Assembly (NCBI RefSeq): GCF_011745625.1
Contig: NW_027191477.1
Location: 1 to 64,000, forward strand
Length of the DNA: 64,000 nucleotides
From: Cladosporium halotolerans
Taxonomy: Eukaryota
Direction: 5' to 3'
Shown here: piece after piece, positions 1 to 11,993 of the stretch
Layout: every line of letters starts with the position of its first letter
Position numbering within the stretch: position 1 is the stretch's first letter
The notes under the pieces: generated by a model
What the model saw: the letters and a program-made list of their open reading frames with translations, nothing else
The model's database searches: none
Told to the model about the DNA's origin: nothing
Position numbers and translations under genes: made by a program

Positions 1-1065
1 GCTTGCTACTCTCAAGCTCAAGCAATCAAGCAAGCCCAGTCAGTCAATCAATCAAGCATATAGTTCCCGCTTGAGCTTGATTGATTGTGCAGAAGTCTGT
101 TTTCGTTGCTGGTCCGGATTCGGACGCGCTTCAAGATGCAGTCGCAGCCTTTACGAAGTTGGCGGATTCGTGGTCGAAGATGCGGTCGCAGAGTCCACGA
201 AGTCGAGGGTTTCAGCTTTGGAGGGTTTCAGCTTCGGTGAGAGTACGACAACACAGGGCGGTAGTCAGATCCAAAGCTCCGTGTAGTCAACATGCGACGT
301 GGAAGACTGCAACGGCCATGCATTTGTTATATGCTCCAGTCCGATCGACGCTTGTAGGGTTGCCAGCCCTCCTAACCTAAAGTACTCGTCAGTCCCACCT
401 TCCGTCTTCCTCCCGACCAGGCTCAGTCCCAGCAAGGTCAATCCCGGTACGCGATTGCGACCGGTGATAGATGGCAGAACTGGCGAGTCCGGGGATGTGG
501 GCGTCCGCCCCGGCCAACCGCCATCCTTCGCAGCGACTCATCATTCTCATGGGCTCATGACACGCTTTTCCCAGCATCGCCCTCGAGCATAACCCCTCTC
601 GAGCACCGATCCCCGCTTCTAGACCCTCCGCACAACTCCTGATGCGGATGATGGAGCAAGCTGTCACACTGCTGTCGAGCGTCGTTATCCGAGTGGATCC
701 CACCATCCCCAGCGTCTTTTTGGAGCTTCCGCATAGTCGGCGATAGTCCATCGTCGCCAATCAACGGCACTGGCATCAGAAATGGCCCTCCGACATGCCC
801 GTTTCCGGAACATCGATCCCAATGTACGGGCACGATGTCCGACGCCGTCAGGGGCGCTGGGGGCAGCTTAGGGTGGTGGTGGCAATGGACCACGGTCCAC
901 GGACTCTGCACAATACATAAGAGACCACAATGTCATGCCTATTTGCTCTGGTAACCAAACTTCCCAAGCCAGTCATTTCTTGATTTGAAAAGCACACTTC
1001 CCACCGCTAGATCGCCATCGCCGAGTCGACCTGCTATCGCATCATCTCTACCAAATCCCTTCGCA

Positions 1066-2858
1066 ATGTGGTCTCCCACCCCCAAAGGTCGCCTGGTCAT
1101 CGTCTCAAACAGACTGCCAGTCTCCATCAAAGACCTGGGCCAGGGCCGCTACGAAACGAAGCCTTCTTGTGGAGGTCTCATCACCGGTTTGAGAGGGGTG
1201 GTCAACAAAGATAACGAATTCCTATGGTTTGGCTGGCCCGGAATGGAAATTCCCAAGGACAATGTCCCGCCTTTGAAGAAAACCCTCATGGAAGAACGAA
1301 ATGCCATCCCGGTGCTGCTCGACCAAAACACGTCGGACCTCTATTACAACGGCTTCTCGAGTAAGCCTACCCTCCCGCATGCTAGACGGTGTTGTGCTGA
1401 CTCATTGCTCAAAGATTCCACTCTTTGGCCACTTCTCCACTACCAACTCGACAAAGCCAGCTTCGATGACAACTCCATGCATGCGTATCGGAAAGCGAAC
1501 AAGGCTTTTGCGGATACCATCATGTGCGAGCTCAAGGACGGTGATCACGTCTGGGTGCACGACTATCACCTCATGCTCCTGCCGCTTATGCTCAGGCAGC
1601 GAGCCGAAAAGTTGAAGATCAACATAAACATCGGCTGGTTCCTACATACACCTTTTCCTGACTGCGACTTCCTCAATGTGCTGCCGATGAGAAACGAGCT
1701 CCTGGGCGGTATACTAGGCGCTGATGTTGTCGGCTTCCAGACCGATCAAGCTCGCAACAATTTTCTTTTCGCGTGTTCACAGTCACTGTAAGTGAGATTC
1801 ATTCCACGAAGAGCATGACAACAATACTGACCAATTCCAGGAGATGGTTCGCGACCGGCACGGGAGTCTTGTGTGGCGACCGAGAAGTATCTGCCCAGAC
1901 ATTCCCTATCGGTATCGAGCCGTCCGAGTTCCATTGCCGACTGCGAAAGTCGTCTGTCCAGAGCACCGTCCGCAGGTTGAGAGTTGACTTCCGCGGCACA
2001 AAAGTCATTCTGGGGGTCGATCGGCTTGACTGTATCAAAGGTCTACCGCAGAAATTGCACGCTTTCGACAAGCTTCTCGACCAATACCCGGAGCTCGTCG
2101 GTCACGCAGTCCTTTTGCAGGTGGTAATCCCAAGTCGGGATGATCTCAAAGCTCACCAAGACCTGAAGTGGGAAATCCAGCAGTTGGTTGGAATGATCAA
2201 TGGTAAACACGGTATGCGCTTTGCAATTGTCTTGCGTCTCACCACCGTCCCTGGCCAAATTTGTCCATCCTCATTCCCCGCGATATCTCAATGGTTCGGT
2301 TCTGACATCCGCGTAGGCAAGGTCAATTATGTGCCAGTTCAGTTTCTGTACAAGCCGATAGACCCGGATGAACTCACGGCTCTGTACACTGCTGCCGATG
2401 TCTGTTTCGTCTCGAGCATACGGGACGGTATGAACTTGGTGTGCCTCGAGTATGTCGCCTGTCAAGCCCATCATGGCACCGAAGCACTACAATCGTCGCG
2501 CAAAGACAAGGCTCCCGGAAGCCTCGTGTTGTCATCGTTCGCTGGAGCAGCGAACCACCTCGATGGGGCTTTGTTTGTGAACCCATGGGATCATGAACGT
2601 TGCGCAGACGTTCTAGCGCATGCTCTAAGTATGGATGCAGCCGAAGCTTCAGCTAGAATGGAGAAGCTGGGCCTTCAGGTAGAGCAGCAGACCAGGTGAG
2701 TTCCGGTGTCTCCGGGACATAAGAGAAAGTACCTAACAGTTTTCAGCTCCCTGTGGGGATCCAACTTCATTGAAGCACTTGAAAAATTCGGCAAGTCTCG
2801 CTCAGCAAAGGATCGGCGCAGTCGCGACAGTGCTATTTCTCTCGAGGAATACTCATAG
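1066..2858 (+). CDS. Alpha,alpha-trehalose-phosphate synthase-like protein (glycosyltransferase family 20), divergent TPS1 paralog; 5 exons
   Basis: Motifs RLVIVSNRLP, WFGWPG, YYNGFSN, WVHDYHLMLLP, GWFLHTPFP, GVDRLD, DGMNLV, VNPWD. Predicted GT-AG introns 1361-1414, 1788-1840, 2212-2316 and 2696-2746 join the ORF pieces; TAG at 2856-2858. Confidence 0.9.
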
Positions 2859-3625
2859 CGCTTGACTTTGCTTGTAGATTATATGTAACATGATATGTAC
2901 CATTGCCATGTTTTAACCGCCTCTTGAAAAGGTTGCCAAAAGTGGTCAGAATTTGTTGAGAGCAGCTATCTAGTATCTATCGCTGCTGTGTGAAATGGCA
3001 CGCCACAGTTTGGAGATGTCTCAGTGACCTTGTGCCACCCGTATGTCGCCTGGATTTGGCGATCTGCTAAAAAAATGATGGTGAGCCGCTTTTTCACGCC
3101 CGCTGGTCCAACTTCTCCCTCGCAAGTTACGGCATCCACCGCGCAGTCCACGCATGCTATGGGCGTGTTCAGTAATCCGCTGATGGCTTGAATTTTTTTC
3201 CCATATTGCGAGGCCAGCAGAAGCTGGACTTTTCTCAGCGACTACTGGAATCTCAAGACAGCCACAGACTTGTCAGAGAAAACCGCTGCGGTTAAACCAT
3301 TGTGTCGCGCTGTTGCTTCCCGTCTGCTATCAGAAGCATCGCATGAAAGCCTGTTCACCATCCACGTCGCCAACAACATCTGGCAGCTGACTTCTGAGTG
3401 AGCTCATTCTCATGGCTTACCTAAGTCCGATCTCCCAAACCGCAATGCATAGGCATGGATTGACAGCCGAGACTTTCGCACTGCGTAATGGCATTGAATT
3501 GTCTCCTCGTGGGCACAAAGTATGCAGTCATGCTATAGCGAGTTTTCAAGAATACAGACCATTATAGCCCCACTGGCCAACAATCAAAGTACCGATCAAC
3601 GCAATCGCTGGAGAGTCACGCTGCA

Positions 3626-3813
3626 CAGTATTATCAAGCGAGGTGAGACCCCCTCTACGGGAACTAGTATTAATAGTAGTAGATTAGGCCTAGCTTTAAC
3701 CTAGCTAGAGAAAACCTAGTAATCGGGATACTCGGAGGACCTCTACTATTCTTCTAGCGTACGCGCGAAGCCTAATAGCCGAACCCTAGGTCTCACCTCG
3801 CTTGACAATACTG
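3626..3813. mobile_element. MITE (non-autonomous, probably Tc1/mariner-derived), 188 bp
   Basis: 25-bp terminal inverted repeats, CAGTATTATCAAGCGAGGTGAGACC (3626-3650) and 3789-3813, with 1 mismatch. CAGT termini; TA on the right flank, CA on the left. No coding capacity; interior is TAG/CTA-rich. Confidence 0.85.
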
Positions 3814-4482
3814 TACATAGTCGGAGTCACATGCGCATCAGAACGACCCACTCTTTGCGGGGCCCCTCGCTGCTCGAGTCAAATCCAAATCCAGCTGAGC
3901 ATTCTTCGAATACACATAGATCTGACACATTCCACTGCCACATAATATCAGGTTCGATACCGAAAATTTCGACAGCCATGCCCAAACATAGGTGAGTACA
4001 TACTTAGGCAACATATAAGCTGCCAAGATCAGCTCGAGCAAATCTTTACTTGTCAACCCGGTCACGTACAAACAACTCACGATGACGTACCGGATGCGGA
4101 AGCCTCGCATTTGGTGCCGAATTTCGAAGATATCCCCAAGTAGTAGTACGGAGCGCTCTGTCACGATTCGACCGAAGTAGATACCGTATGGGTCAAAAAG
4201 TACTCAGAAAAAGACACGGCAAATTCAGCGAAGGTGAACAGTAGAATACTGAAGTATACGATATCGATCTGCGAGATACCTATCATCAATCCAAGTCAAC
4301 ACCGCAGATTGGTTCGCAGAGCTCATACTGTGCTTGTGTCTCAGGGACATCGCATTCATATACTTCCCAAACATTTGTTTATAATCTAAACTAAATAAAG
4401 CCCACTATTGAGCTACGACAATTACGAGATAAATACATTGAGTTTTATCAAATGATGTGGAAAACCTCACAGAGCGCAAAAC

Positions 4483-6183
4483 CTATTGACGGAACCCGGG
4501 GTGTGGACCGGTGTTTGTGAACAAGCCAGGCGGACCTCCCGAGCCCCGGGGACCTGGCTGCTCAGAAGGGACTTGTCCTGCTGGTCTGCGCTCTGGACTC
4601 GCTGCTGGCCGGCTTGGTGAGTTTGACGGCGATCTAGACCGTCCTCCGGATGGAGATCGAGCTGGTGGTGGGCTGGACGATGTCGACCTTGCTGATGGCC
4701 TGGCTGGTGAGTCTCTGGGCGACCTTACAGGCGATCTTCGGGAGGGACGGGCAGGAGAATCATCACCGGGTCTCAGTGTCGGTCTTGGTGCTGGCGGGCT
4801 AGCAGATCGAACAGGCGAGGTCGCCGCTGATCTGGCTGATGACTTCCCAGTGGACTTGGTCTGTGGTGCAGCTGGGGTCTTCGGTGGCGAAGTACCTCGC
4901 GGCCTTGCAGGTGATCTCTCGCGTGGCGCGTCTCGAGGTGCACTGGGCGGTCCTTCGCTGGGTCTCTCCCGCGGCTTGTCTACTTGCCTTGGCCTGTCAG
5001 GGATGGTTGCAACCCTTCCGTCTTGCTCTCCAGGCTGACGCGGTCCATCTCTGGGCCGTTCGTGGACGCAAGGTCGATCCTCGATCTCGGCTTTTTCCTT
5101 CTCAAACTTTCGCTTCTGCTCCTCAGCCACCTTCTGAAGGTGCTTGTATTCAACCTCAGTGCGAATCCTATCCTTTTGCTCTTCAACAGCATTCTTGATT
5201 TTCTCTGCGAAATGCTTCTCTAAGTTCTTCAGCTGTTGCTTGTGATCATCTCTGGTTTTCTCAAGGGTCTTGGAGAAAGCGCTCTTCTTGGCCTTCTCGT
5301 CGCTGATTGTCTCGCGCAATTGCTTCGCTTCACCCTCCATCTGGTCCTTGTTGGGTCCTTCCTGGACGTCTGGGTAATTGCGTTCTTGATCCTGCCTTGC
5401 TTCCTCGTACATTTGCTCCAAACGATCCCGCTCGGCGTACGGATTGGGCCTTGTCCCAGGCGCCCAATCAATATAGTCAATCTCAGCAAAAGTCCTCTCT
5501 GTATCTTCGATCGCTCTGACGACCTCACGATATTGGTCTCTTGCGCGGCGAAAGCGAATCGGCATGCCCTGTCCATTGAGCCAAGCCAGAATGCCAGCCA
5601 AGACAGTGTTAATCGCACCCAAGGTCGTGAGGACGACACTAGAGGATTGCTGGTACGCAGAAAGACCGGTCAAGGCTGCGGCGATAAGAATCTGCAACAG
5701 ATAGAGGAAAGAAATGACGTAGTTCGACATGCCGTACAAGACGCGGTTCCTGAGATCCTGGCTGAGAGTACGATCGTACAAGCCTCGGTTGCGCCAACGC
5801 CTTGCAGCCGCTTTGGTTGGCACAAAGATGTCGTGCATTGGACTTGCAGGCTTTGCGCCTTGGTCTTCCGGCCATAGCAAGCCACCGCCGGGCCTCAAGA
5901 AATGAATGCCAACGAGATTCTGGAAGGTTTCCAGTTCTGACCGCTCCTCTTTTCTAGGCGGTGGGGCATAGCTTCGCTTTTGCTTCGAAGGTCGCCCTCT
6001 CCACTTGTCCCACACATCTTTGAGTTCAGGCTCTCTCGGTTGTCGAAGCTCTGATGGGATGTTGGAAGGCCTGGAGGATGAGCTGTCGCGAACAAGCTTG
6101 GCCGCTGCTGGCGTCTCCAGAGGTTTTGATACATCGTCAAGGCCAGCCTCAAGGGCCGCAGGGTCGGTGTTGGAAGCTTGCAT
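4483..6183 (-). CDS. Fungal SLATT (SMODS/SLOG-associated 2TM) domain protein with coiled coil and Ser/Pro/Arg-rich tail
   Basis: 566-aa ORF. Two TM helices, LYLLQILIAAALTGLSA and LTTLGAINTVLAGILAWLNGQGMPIR, resemble the SLATT_fungal pattern. These are followed by a charged coiled coil and a low-complexity SP/RS region. Confidence 0.7.
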   Translation of the reverse strand: MQASNTDPAALEAGLDDVSKPLETPAAAKLVRDSSSSRPSNIPSELRQPREPELKDVWDKWRGRPSKQKRSYAPPPRKEERSELETFQNLVGIHFLRPGGGLLWPEDQGAKPASPMHDIFVPTKAAARRWRNRGLYDRTLSQDLRNRVLYGMSNYVISFLYLLQILIAAALTGLSAYQQSSSVVLTTLGAINTVLAGILAWLNGQGMPIRFRRARDQYREVVRAIEDTERTFAEIDYIDWAPGTRPNPYAERDRLEQMYEEARQDQERNYPDVQEGPNKDQMEGEAKQLRETISDEKAKKSAFSKTLEKTRDDHKQQLKNLEKHFAEKIKNAVEEQKDRIRTEVEYKHLQKVAEEQKRKFEKEKAEIEDRPCVHERPRDGPRQPGEQDGRVATIPDRPRQVDKPRERPSEGPPSAPRDAPRERSPARPRGTSPPKTPAAPQTKSTGKSSARSAATSPVRSASPPAPRPTLRPGDDSPARPSRRSPVRSPRDSPARPSARSTSSSPPPARSPSGGRSRSPSNSPSRPAASPERRPAGQVPSEQPGPRGSGGPPGLFTNTGPHPGFRQ

Positions 6184-8256
6184 GGCGGATTGGCAAAACA
6201 GCGCCGGGGCACTTCGAGAAGAGCGGCTGCACAGGGTGCGAACACGCAGCAGGGCAGGACCTCATGATTTATGGTCGCTGCGACAGCAACGCAACTAAAC
6301 GTTAGTGTCACCGGCAGACGAGCTCATGCAAAAGAAACCCGCCATCACTGCCAGAACGTTGCGACTATTGCTGGCTAAAAGGATCGGCGGCGGCGCGCTT
6401 TGCTCCGATAGTGATGTGATTGAACAGCGATGTGCATGTCCAAAGACGCTCAACTTTCAAGCAGACTAAGAGCGTAGTGGCTGGTTGCTTGGCTGCTATA
6501 TGGACGACAACGGTAAGTTGCTCGTGTCGAGTTGTACCCATGCGCCAGGAGTGGAAGTCGTCCTGGCTCAGGGCTATCATGCGGATTCTTGCAGGCGGTC
6601 GGAGAACCCCAGCAAGACTTTCTCCAGGATCTACAGTTAATTTACTGTAATGCGAAAACACACACGCTGTGCCCTGCGCCAAAGCGCAGCACCAAGTGGA
6701 CCGTGAATTTCGCGAAAACTGGAGACTTTTGGGAATGGCGGCAATGCTCGGTGTGCGTCATACGCGCGGCGGGCTCTCATTGTTGCAAGCAAAGTGTGCG
6801 ATCGCAAATGGCGGTTCCCATTGCCTTTGACGCACTGGCTAGAGGAAGATGATGTCGCTAGTGTGGCGGGATAACATCTGAATACAGGTGCGCACTTTGG
6901 AGCGAAAAGAAGGTTAGAGGAGCTGTTTTCCCGGCCCGCCGCCGCGCGCCGATTGCCGAAGAACCGTCGGCGCGTCTCAAAAGTCTCACCAGCGTCGATT
7001 TCGCGTTCGGCAGCTCAGCCGCAGCAGCTCCTGTCCAGATGCTGCGCGCTGCTTCGGTAGGTATTGGCCAAGTCTCCGAAATCTCCGGGTTGATTGGTGT
7101 GAACCCTGTTCAATAATATGTAATAATCCAATGAATAGCATCTCTTCAGGCGCCATGCCAATTCGCGTCACTTTACCGCCTATAGTCTTACTGTCCCGTT
7201 CTAGGAACACATGAGTAGCAACGCTGGACCTTGACTGAACGACAAAAAAAAAACCGCGCTCGTACACATTACAATCTCTGCGTAACGCACCACGAGATGG
7301 AGTCGGAAGGGAGCGCTCAGTCGCAGTTTGTCAGAAATGTGACCAACGAATGGATCCGTCGTATACACAGCTTTATTAGTGCTTTATTAGTTAGATGCTC
7401 CATCGCGCCGCAGGTCTTTGAGAGGACTAACGTCGTTCGTGTTCTGTACGCACTAGCAACATCGTGTTCACGAGATGCGAGACACGGATTGAGATTCCGA
7501 TCAAGACTGCGTCATCCGTTTCCCAGAGTAAATCTAGAGAAATTAGAGGTACAAAGATGGAGTTGGTATGGCAATGAGGCCGGCAGGTAGGGCTGCCGCA
7601 AGTGCTCCCATGCGGCAGCTGGCGCGCAGAATTTCAACCTGCTCCGGGCGCATCGCAAGCGCGGCTGCGCAGAAAAAGCACGCTCGAGACGCCGTCTGAA
7701 ACGTCGTATAGCGGGATGTCATATTATCATCCTCGCAGACTCAAAAACCCGCGCTACTTCCTAGCGCCAAACCAATGTTTTGTCGTACCTCGTGCATGCC
7801 TGGCGTGGACTCTTATGCTTCGCCTACAGCCGTTTATTGACGCTTCACGGGTTGCCCCCATACGGGACTCCTTGCGAAAGCTGCCCTCTGCACCGCAACG
7901 CTCCTGTGCCCGAGTCCCCAACGAGAAGCCACGTCCGCCTAACACAAAAGCTTCCGCAATAGATCGCCTTCCGTCTCGCACTCCTCAACAACTATGGTCG
8001 GCTTGCTCTCTTTACCCGAAGAGCTTCTCACCGTGATCTACGTATTAGCCACGATGCATTGTCAAACTCAGTGGAGGCCTGTAAGTCAGTACCAACATAT
8101 GTAACTGCAACTTGCCGTCGCTACCTCCGAATCCACCGCGGACATATTCCTGGCTGTTATCCGTAGCTCTGCACTTCGAATGCTCAATTCAAATTTGCTG
8201 GATAGAACATCAATCATGAGCTCACGTAGGTATCCTATCCTCTATATAGCCATTTC

Positions 8257-9016
8257 CTAGTCGGTTTGGTATTCTGCTAGTAAGATCCCGCTAGGATCAT
8301 ACTCGGAGAACGCGTCCTCGAGGATACCATCTTCACGATCAAAATACGCCTTTGTACTGACGCAGCACGCGAATTCCCAATCCGGTTTCAGCGGTAAAAT
8401 CTGGGACCCGTCGAAAAAGGGTCTTGACAGTAGATTCTTTCTTCCCATGAAGTCTGCTTATACAAGCGGGCACACGGTTTTCAATAAATAGGGCAATCTC
8501 GAGCAGGGCTTCGATCTCTCCCTGCGTAAGATCTCTAATATTGTTGCTCAACAGCGACCGATATTGTGGAAGATAGCACGAGGCGACAACCTGCCGGAAG
8601 AGGTAGTACGCCGGTAGTAGAGGCTGCGTGATAGGTCGCCGTTGAGATTTAGGTCTAGCAGTAACGGCTCTGTGCCATACCAGGAGACTCTAGCAAAATC
8701 GAGACGCCAGGTGGATATTGCGACAGATGTTTGGGATATATAGACGAAGCGGTGTATGTTCCGATGCGTCCAAGAAATTGAACCCATCAAACGGTTGCGA
8801 AGAATAAGCCTCTACCAAAGCCAGGTCGATTACTGCTTCGTGCCCGGGCGCACTGAAGGCGCAACTTTCCTTGATGATACGGTCAGAATGTCTCAGCCAG
8901 ACCTCACGAAGCCGCCGATTCACCCCAGAGATGCCAATAAGTGCCCCTGTCTGCAGCCCCGTCAAGATATATATTTCCGTAAGAAGCTCCACTGGTAAGG
9001 AGAAAAGGCCAGCCAT
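8257..9016 (-). pseudogene. F-box-like protein pseudogene
   Basis: N-terminal LFSLPVELLTEIY...ISGVNRRLREVW is F-box-like. An in-frame TAG lies at 8690-8692, after which the same frame stays open to 8339. A further frameshift near 8.4 kb is possible. Confidence 0.55.
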
Positions 9017-9642
9017 GGTGATATTGGTGAGAGGGCGATAACAAGTGGTGCAGGACGCAGTATTGATATACTCAATAGCAGAAACTTGATGTGCAGGAAA
9101 GGCGCGTTATGTGGCGAGACTCCATCGTAAATCCTATGGGGGCAGACACGGAGGGTAGCAGAAAGGTCCAGACGCAGCGGAAGGTTGTATGTAGGATGTG
9201 CAGTGAAACAAGGAAACCTCATCAGGAAGAAGCGCAGGTCGCTGGATAGTTTGAGCACCCGAGGTGCCGCCAGAACGTGAAGACCTTTCAATCAGGCGAT
9301 GACAATGACGAGTGCTTTTCAGAAGATTGATGTGCGAACTTCTAGGTCAATGCCACGTTTGAGAGGCCGTAAGGCCGAGCAATGAGAACACACCGAATGA
9401 CGTCCAAACATGCTGGTCGCAGATGAAGCACGCGATATCCGGAATAGGCACGATCTGCATTCAGGGAAACAAGCTTCATCAAGCTTTTGTCGTCGCGACA
9501 CGCGACGCGGGGTCCGCAGCCGGCATCGCCTGGACGGGTCGGGTGACTGATCACCTGGCGTCCGCATGGCCAGCACTATCTTCACAACGGCGCCTCAGAC
9601 GCATCATGGCCGCCTCGACAGCTGCTACATTGCCCCTTCACC

Positions 9643-11916
9643 ATGAGTACCATCGATCCTGGCATTGGCGAAGGCATCAAGGAGCACGCGGAAGATGTGG
9701 AAGACAGCAGCGTGCAGAAAGAGCAGGGTGACAACGGAAACTCCGAGGACCCGAGTCAGCCGAGCAAGTGGTGGTTCGCCTCGACAGCCTGCCCATTACT
9801 TGCTGGCACCTTTGGCCCGGTGGCCAGCGGCTTCAACATATGTGCTCTCGTCTACCCGTGGAGACAGTACATCCCCCCGGGTGGCACCCAGTCAACCAGC
9901 GAGCAGGCTGGCCAAACTCTGCCGGACCCGCCGTTCCTTATCGCCCTGAACGTCGCATCACTGGTGTGCGCGCTGTGTGGCAATGCTTCGTTGCTGCTGA
10001 ACATGGCCCAGCGGGTCCGCTTCTCTACGGCCCAGCCGATCACCATCATCGGCTTTGTTTTCGCGGGCATCCTCCTAATCGCGGACCTAGTAACATTGAG
10101 CCTGAAGCCGCACTACGCAATTACGAGACCCGAAGCGATACCTGACGACCGACATGCGCTTACTGGCGCCTTCTATTACGCAATCTTCGCTGCCGCTATT
10201 TACGTCATGATCGGACTCCTGATGCTCATGACCGTATACGGCGCCATCAAAGGCCATTTCAAGCGGGAGTTCCAGCTGACTGGACCGCAAAGAACTTTGA
10301 TGCTACAGACGATGTCCTTCGTCGCGTATTTGTTGCTCGGTGCTCTGGTATTCAGCCATGTTGAGGGATGGGAGTACCTCAACGCTGTCTATTGGGCCGA
10401 CGTGACCTTGCTTACAATCGGGCTCGGCGATTATTCCCCTTCAACTTCTGTCGGTCAAGGACTTCTGTTCCCTTTTGCGATTGGAGGTATCCTCATGGTC
10501 GGTTTAGTTGTGGGAAGTATACGCTCACTTGTCCTGGACCGTGGACAAGAGAAGATAATAGCCAGAATTGTGGAGAAAAAGCGCTCGAGCGCCACTCATC
10601 ACGTGAACGAGCGACAGCACACCATTAGGATCTCCATGTTCGCAAAAGCAGACTTAAGTACGGACCCAAAGCTTTCTCAAGCACAAAGAAGGAAGCAAGA
10701 GTTTGTCGCAATGCGCAAGGTACAAGAAGCCAGTGAAAAAGAGAGGCGTTGGTTCGGGCTTCTGACATCTGGTGCTTTCGCGCTCATTCTTTGGTTCGGG
10801 GGAGCGGCCATCTTCCGACACACTGAGTATTTGCAACAATGGACGTACTTGGAGGCCCTGTACTTTTCCTACACCTCGCTTCTGACAATAGGCTACGGCA
10901 CTCCTCATCCACAGTCGAATAGCGGCAAAGCGTTTTTCGTCATCTGGTCGCTTCTCGCCGTCCCTTCCCTCACCATTCTGATCTCCAACATGGGCGATAC
11001 GATCGTGAAATGGTTCTCGAGCATAACAGTGTCCGTGGCGGCAATCACAATCTTGCCTGGAGAGATGGGGTTCCGCGCTGGATTCCGGAAAGCTGTAGGA
11101 GATATCAGCACGTGGGTGCAGGCGAGCCTCTCTAGTATAACACCTCCCGGTATATTTGGCGATATCCCTTCGGTCGAATCTAATCGAAAAATACACCCAA
11201 CGACCTATGAAGATCTTATGCGTGGAAGACTGGCCAAAAGACTTACCATGCATGCTCCACAGGATGCGGAGCTAGACGCCGGGGATGATCTGGGAAGTGA
11301 CATCAAATTTTACCACTACGTTCTCGCTCGAGAGTGTCGCTATGTTCAAAATGATCTTGGTCAATCGCCTGAAAAGAAATATAGCTGGGAAGAGTGGGAA
11401 TACTTCCTCAAGCTGATCGGCAACGAAGAGGATCCAGAGGACTATTCCGGCCAAGAGCACCTTGAGACACTTGTGCCGAAGAAGCTGCGAGTAAAACCGC
11501 AGACGCATCGGCAGTCTTCTATCCCAATGAAGGGAGCCGGGCGGCCTGATGTCTACGCTAATGGATCGCCATCAAAGACCATGACAGACATTTGCGCGCC
11601 CACTGCGCCCGCTGCAGACGATGACTTCTCAGAGAAAACCCCAACATCGAGCAAACCCAGCCACGGCCGCAATCGTCAAAAGTCACATCGCTCACATGTG
11701 GCTGCATTTTATCAGAATTGGTCCTGGTTGTCGAATCAATCACCACTTATGAGTAATAAAACCGAAGCTGAGTGGATTCTGGATCGTCTTTCCGCAGCCC
11801 TCGAGAGGGAGCTTGATCGAGAGCGAAAAGGTCACAGACGCCATCCACCAATCAGGCTTCTAGATGCAAGAAGCAGGTCTCAAGATCACAAGGTGATCAG
11901 CGAGAAAAGACCATAG
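9643..11916 (+). CDS. TOK1: TOK1-type two-pore outward-rectifier potassium channel
   Basis: 757-aa intronless ORF with multiple TM segments and two pore loops, VTLLTIGLGDYSP and TSLLTIGYGTPHP. Confidence 0.85.
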   Translation: MSTIDPGIGEGIKEHAEDVEDSSVQKEQGDNGNSEDPSQPSKWWFASTACPLLAGTFGPVASGFNICALVYPWRQYIPPGGTQSTSEQAGQTLPDPPFLIALNVASLVCALCGNASLLLNMAQRVRFSTAQPITIIGFVFAGILLIADLVTLSLKPHYAITRPEAIPDDRHALTGAFYYAIFAAAIYVMIGLLMLMTVYGAIKGHFKREFQLTGPQRTLMLQTMSFVAYLLLGALVFSHVEGWEYLNAVYWADVTLLTIGLGDYSPSTSVGQGLLFPFAIGGILMVGLVVGSIRSLVLDRGQEKIIARIVEKKRSSATHHVNERQHTIRISMFAKADLSTDPKLSQAQRRKQEFVAMRKVQEASEKERRWFGLLTSGAFALILWFGGAAIFRHTEYLQQWTYLEALYFSYTSLLTIGYGTPHPQSNSGKAFFVIWSLLAVPSLTILISNMGDTIVKWFSSITVSVAAITILPGEMGFRAGFRKAVGDISTWVQASLSSITPPGIFGDIPSVESNRKIHPTTYEDLMRGRLAKRLTMHAPQDAELDAGDDLGSDIKFYHYVLARECRYVQNDLGQSPEKKYSWEEWEYFLKLIGNEEDPEDYSGQEHLETLVPKKLRVKPQTHRQSSIPMKGAGRPDVYANGSPSKTMTDICAPTAPAADDDFSEKTPTSSKPSHGRNRQKSHRSHVAAFYQNWSWLSNQSPLMSNKTEAEWILDRLSAALERELDRERKGHRRHPPIRLLDARSRSQDHKVISEKRP

Positions 11917-11993
11917 AGCAGAATGCGAATCCGGAAGATGCCAATTATCAATTTAAGACAGTATTTGTTTGGAATCAGCGGTGGAAGCTTGCT

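Noticed and set aside
71..930. Overlapping short ORFs upstream of the TPS gene
   Set aside because: No motifs or coherent exon structure; probably promoter or UTR.
6300..8100. Short ORFs between the SLATT gene and the F-box pseudogene
   Set aside because: No recognisable domains or supportable gene model.
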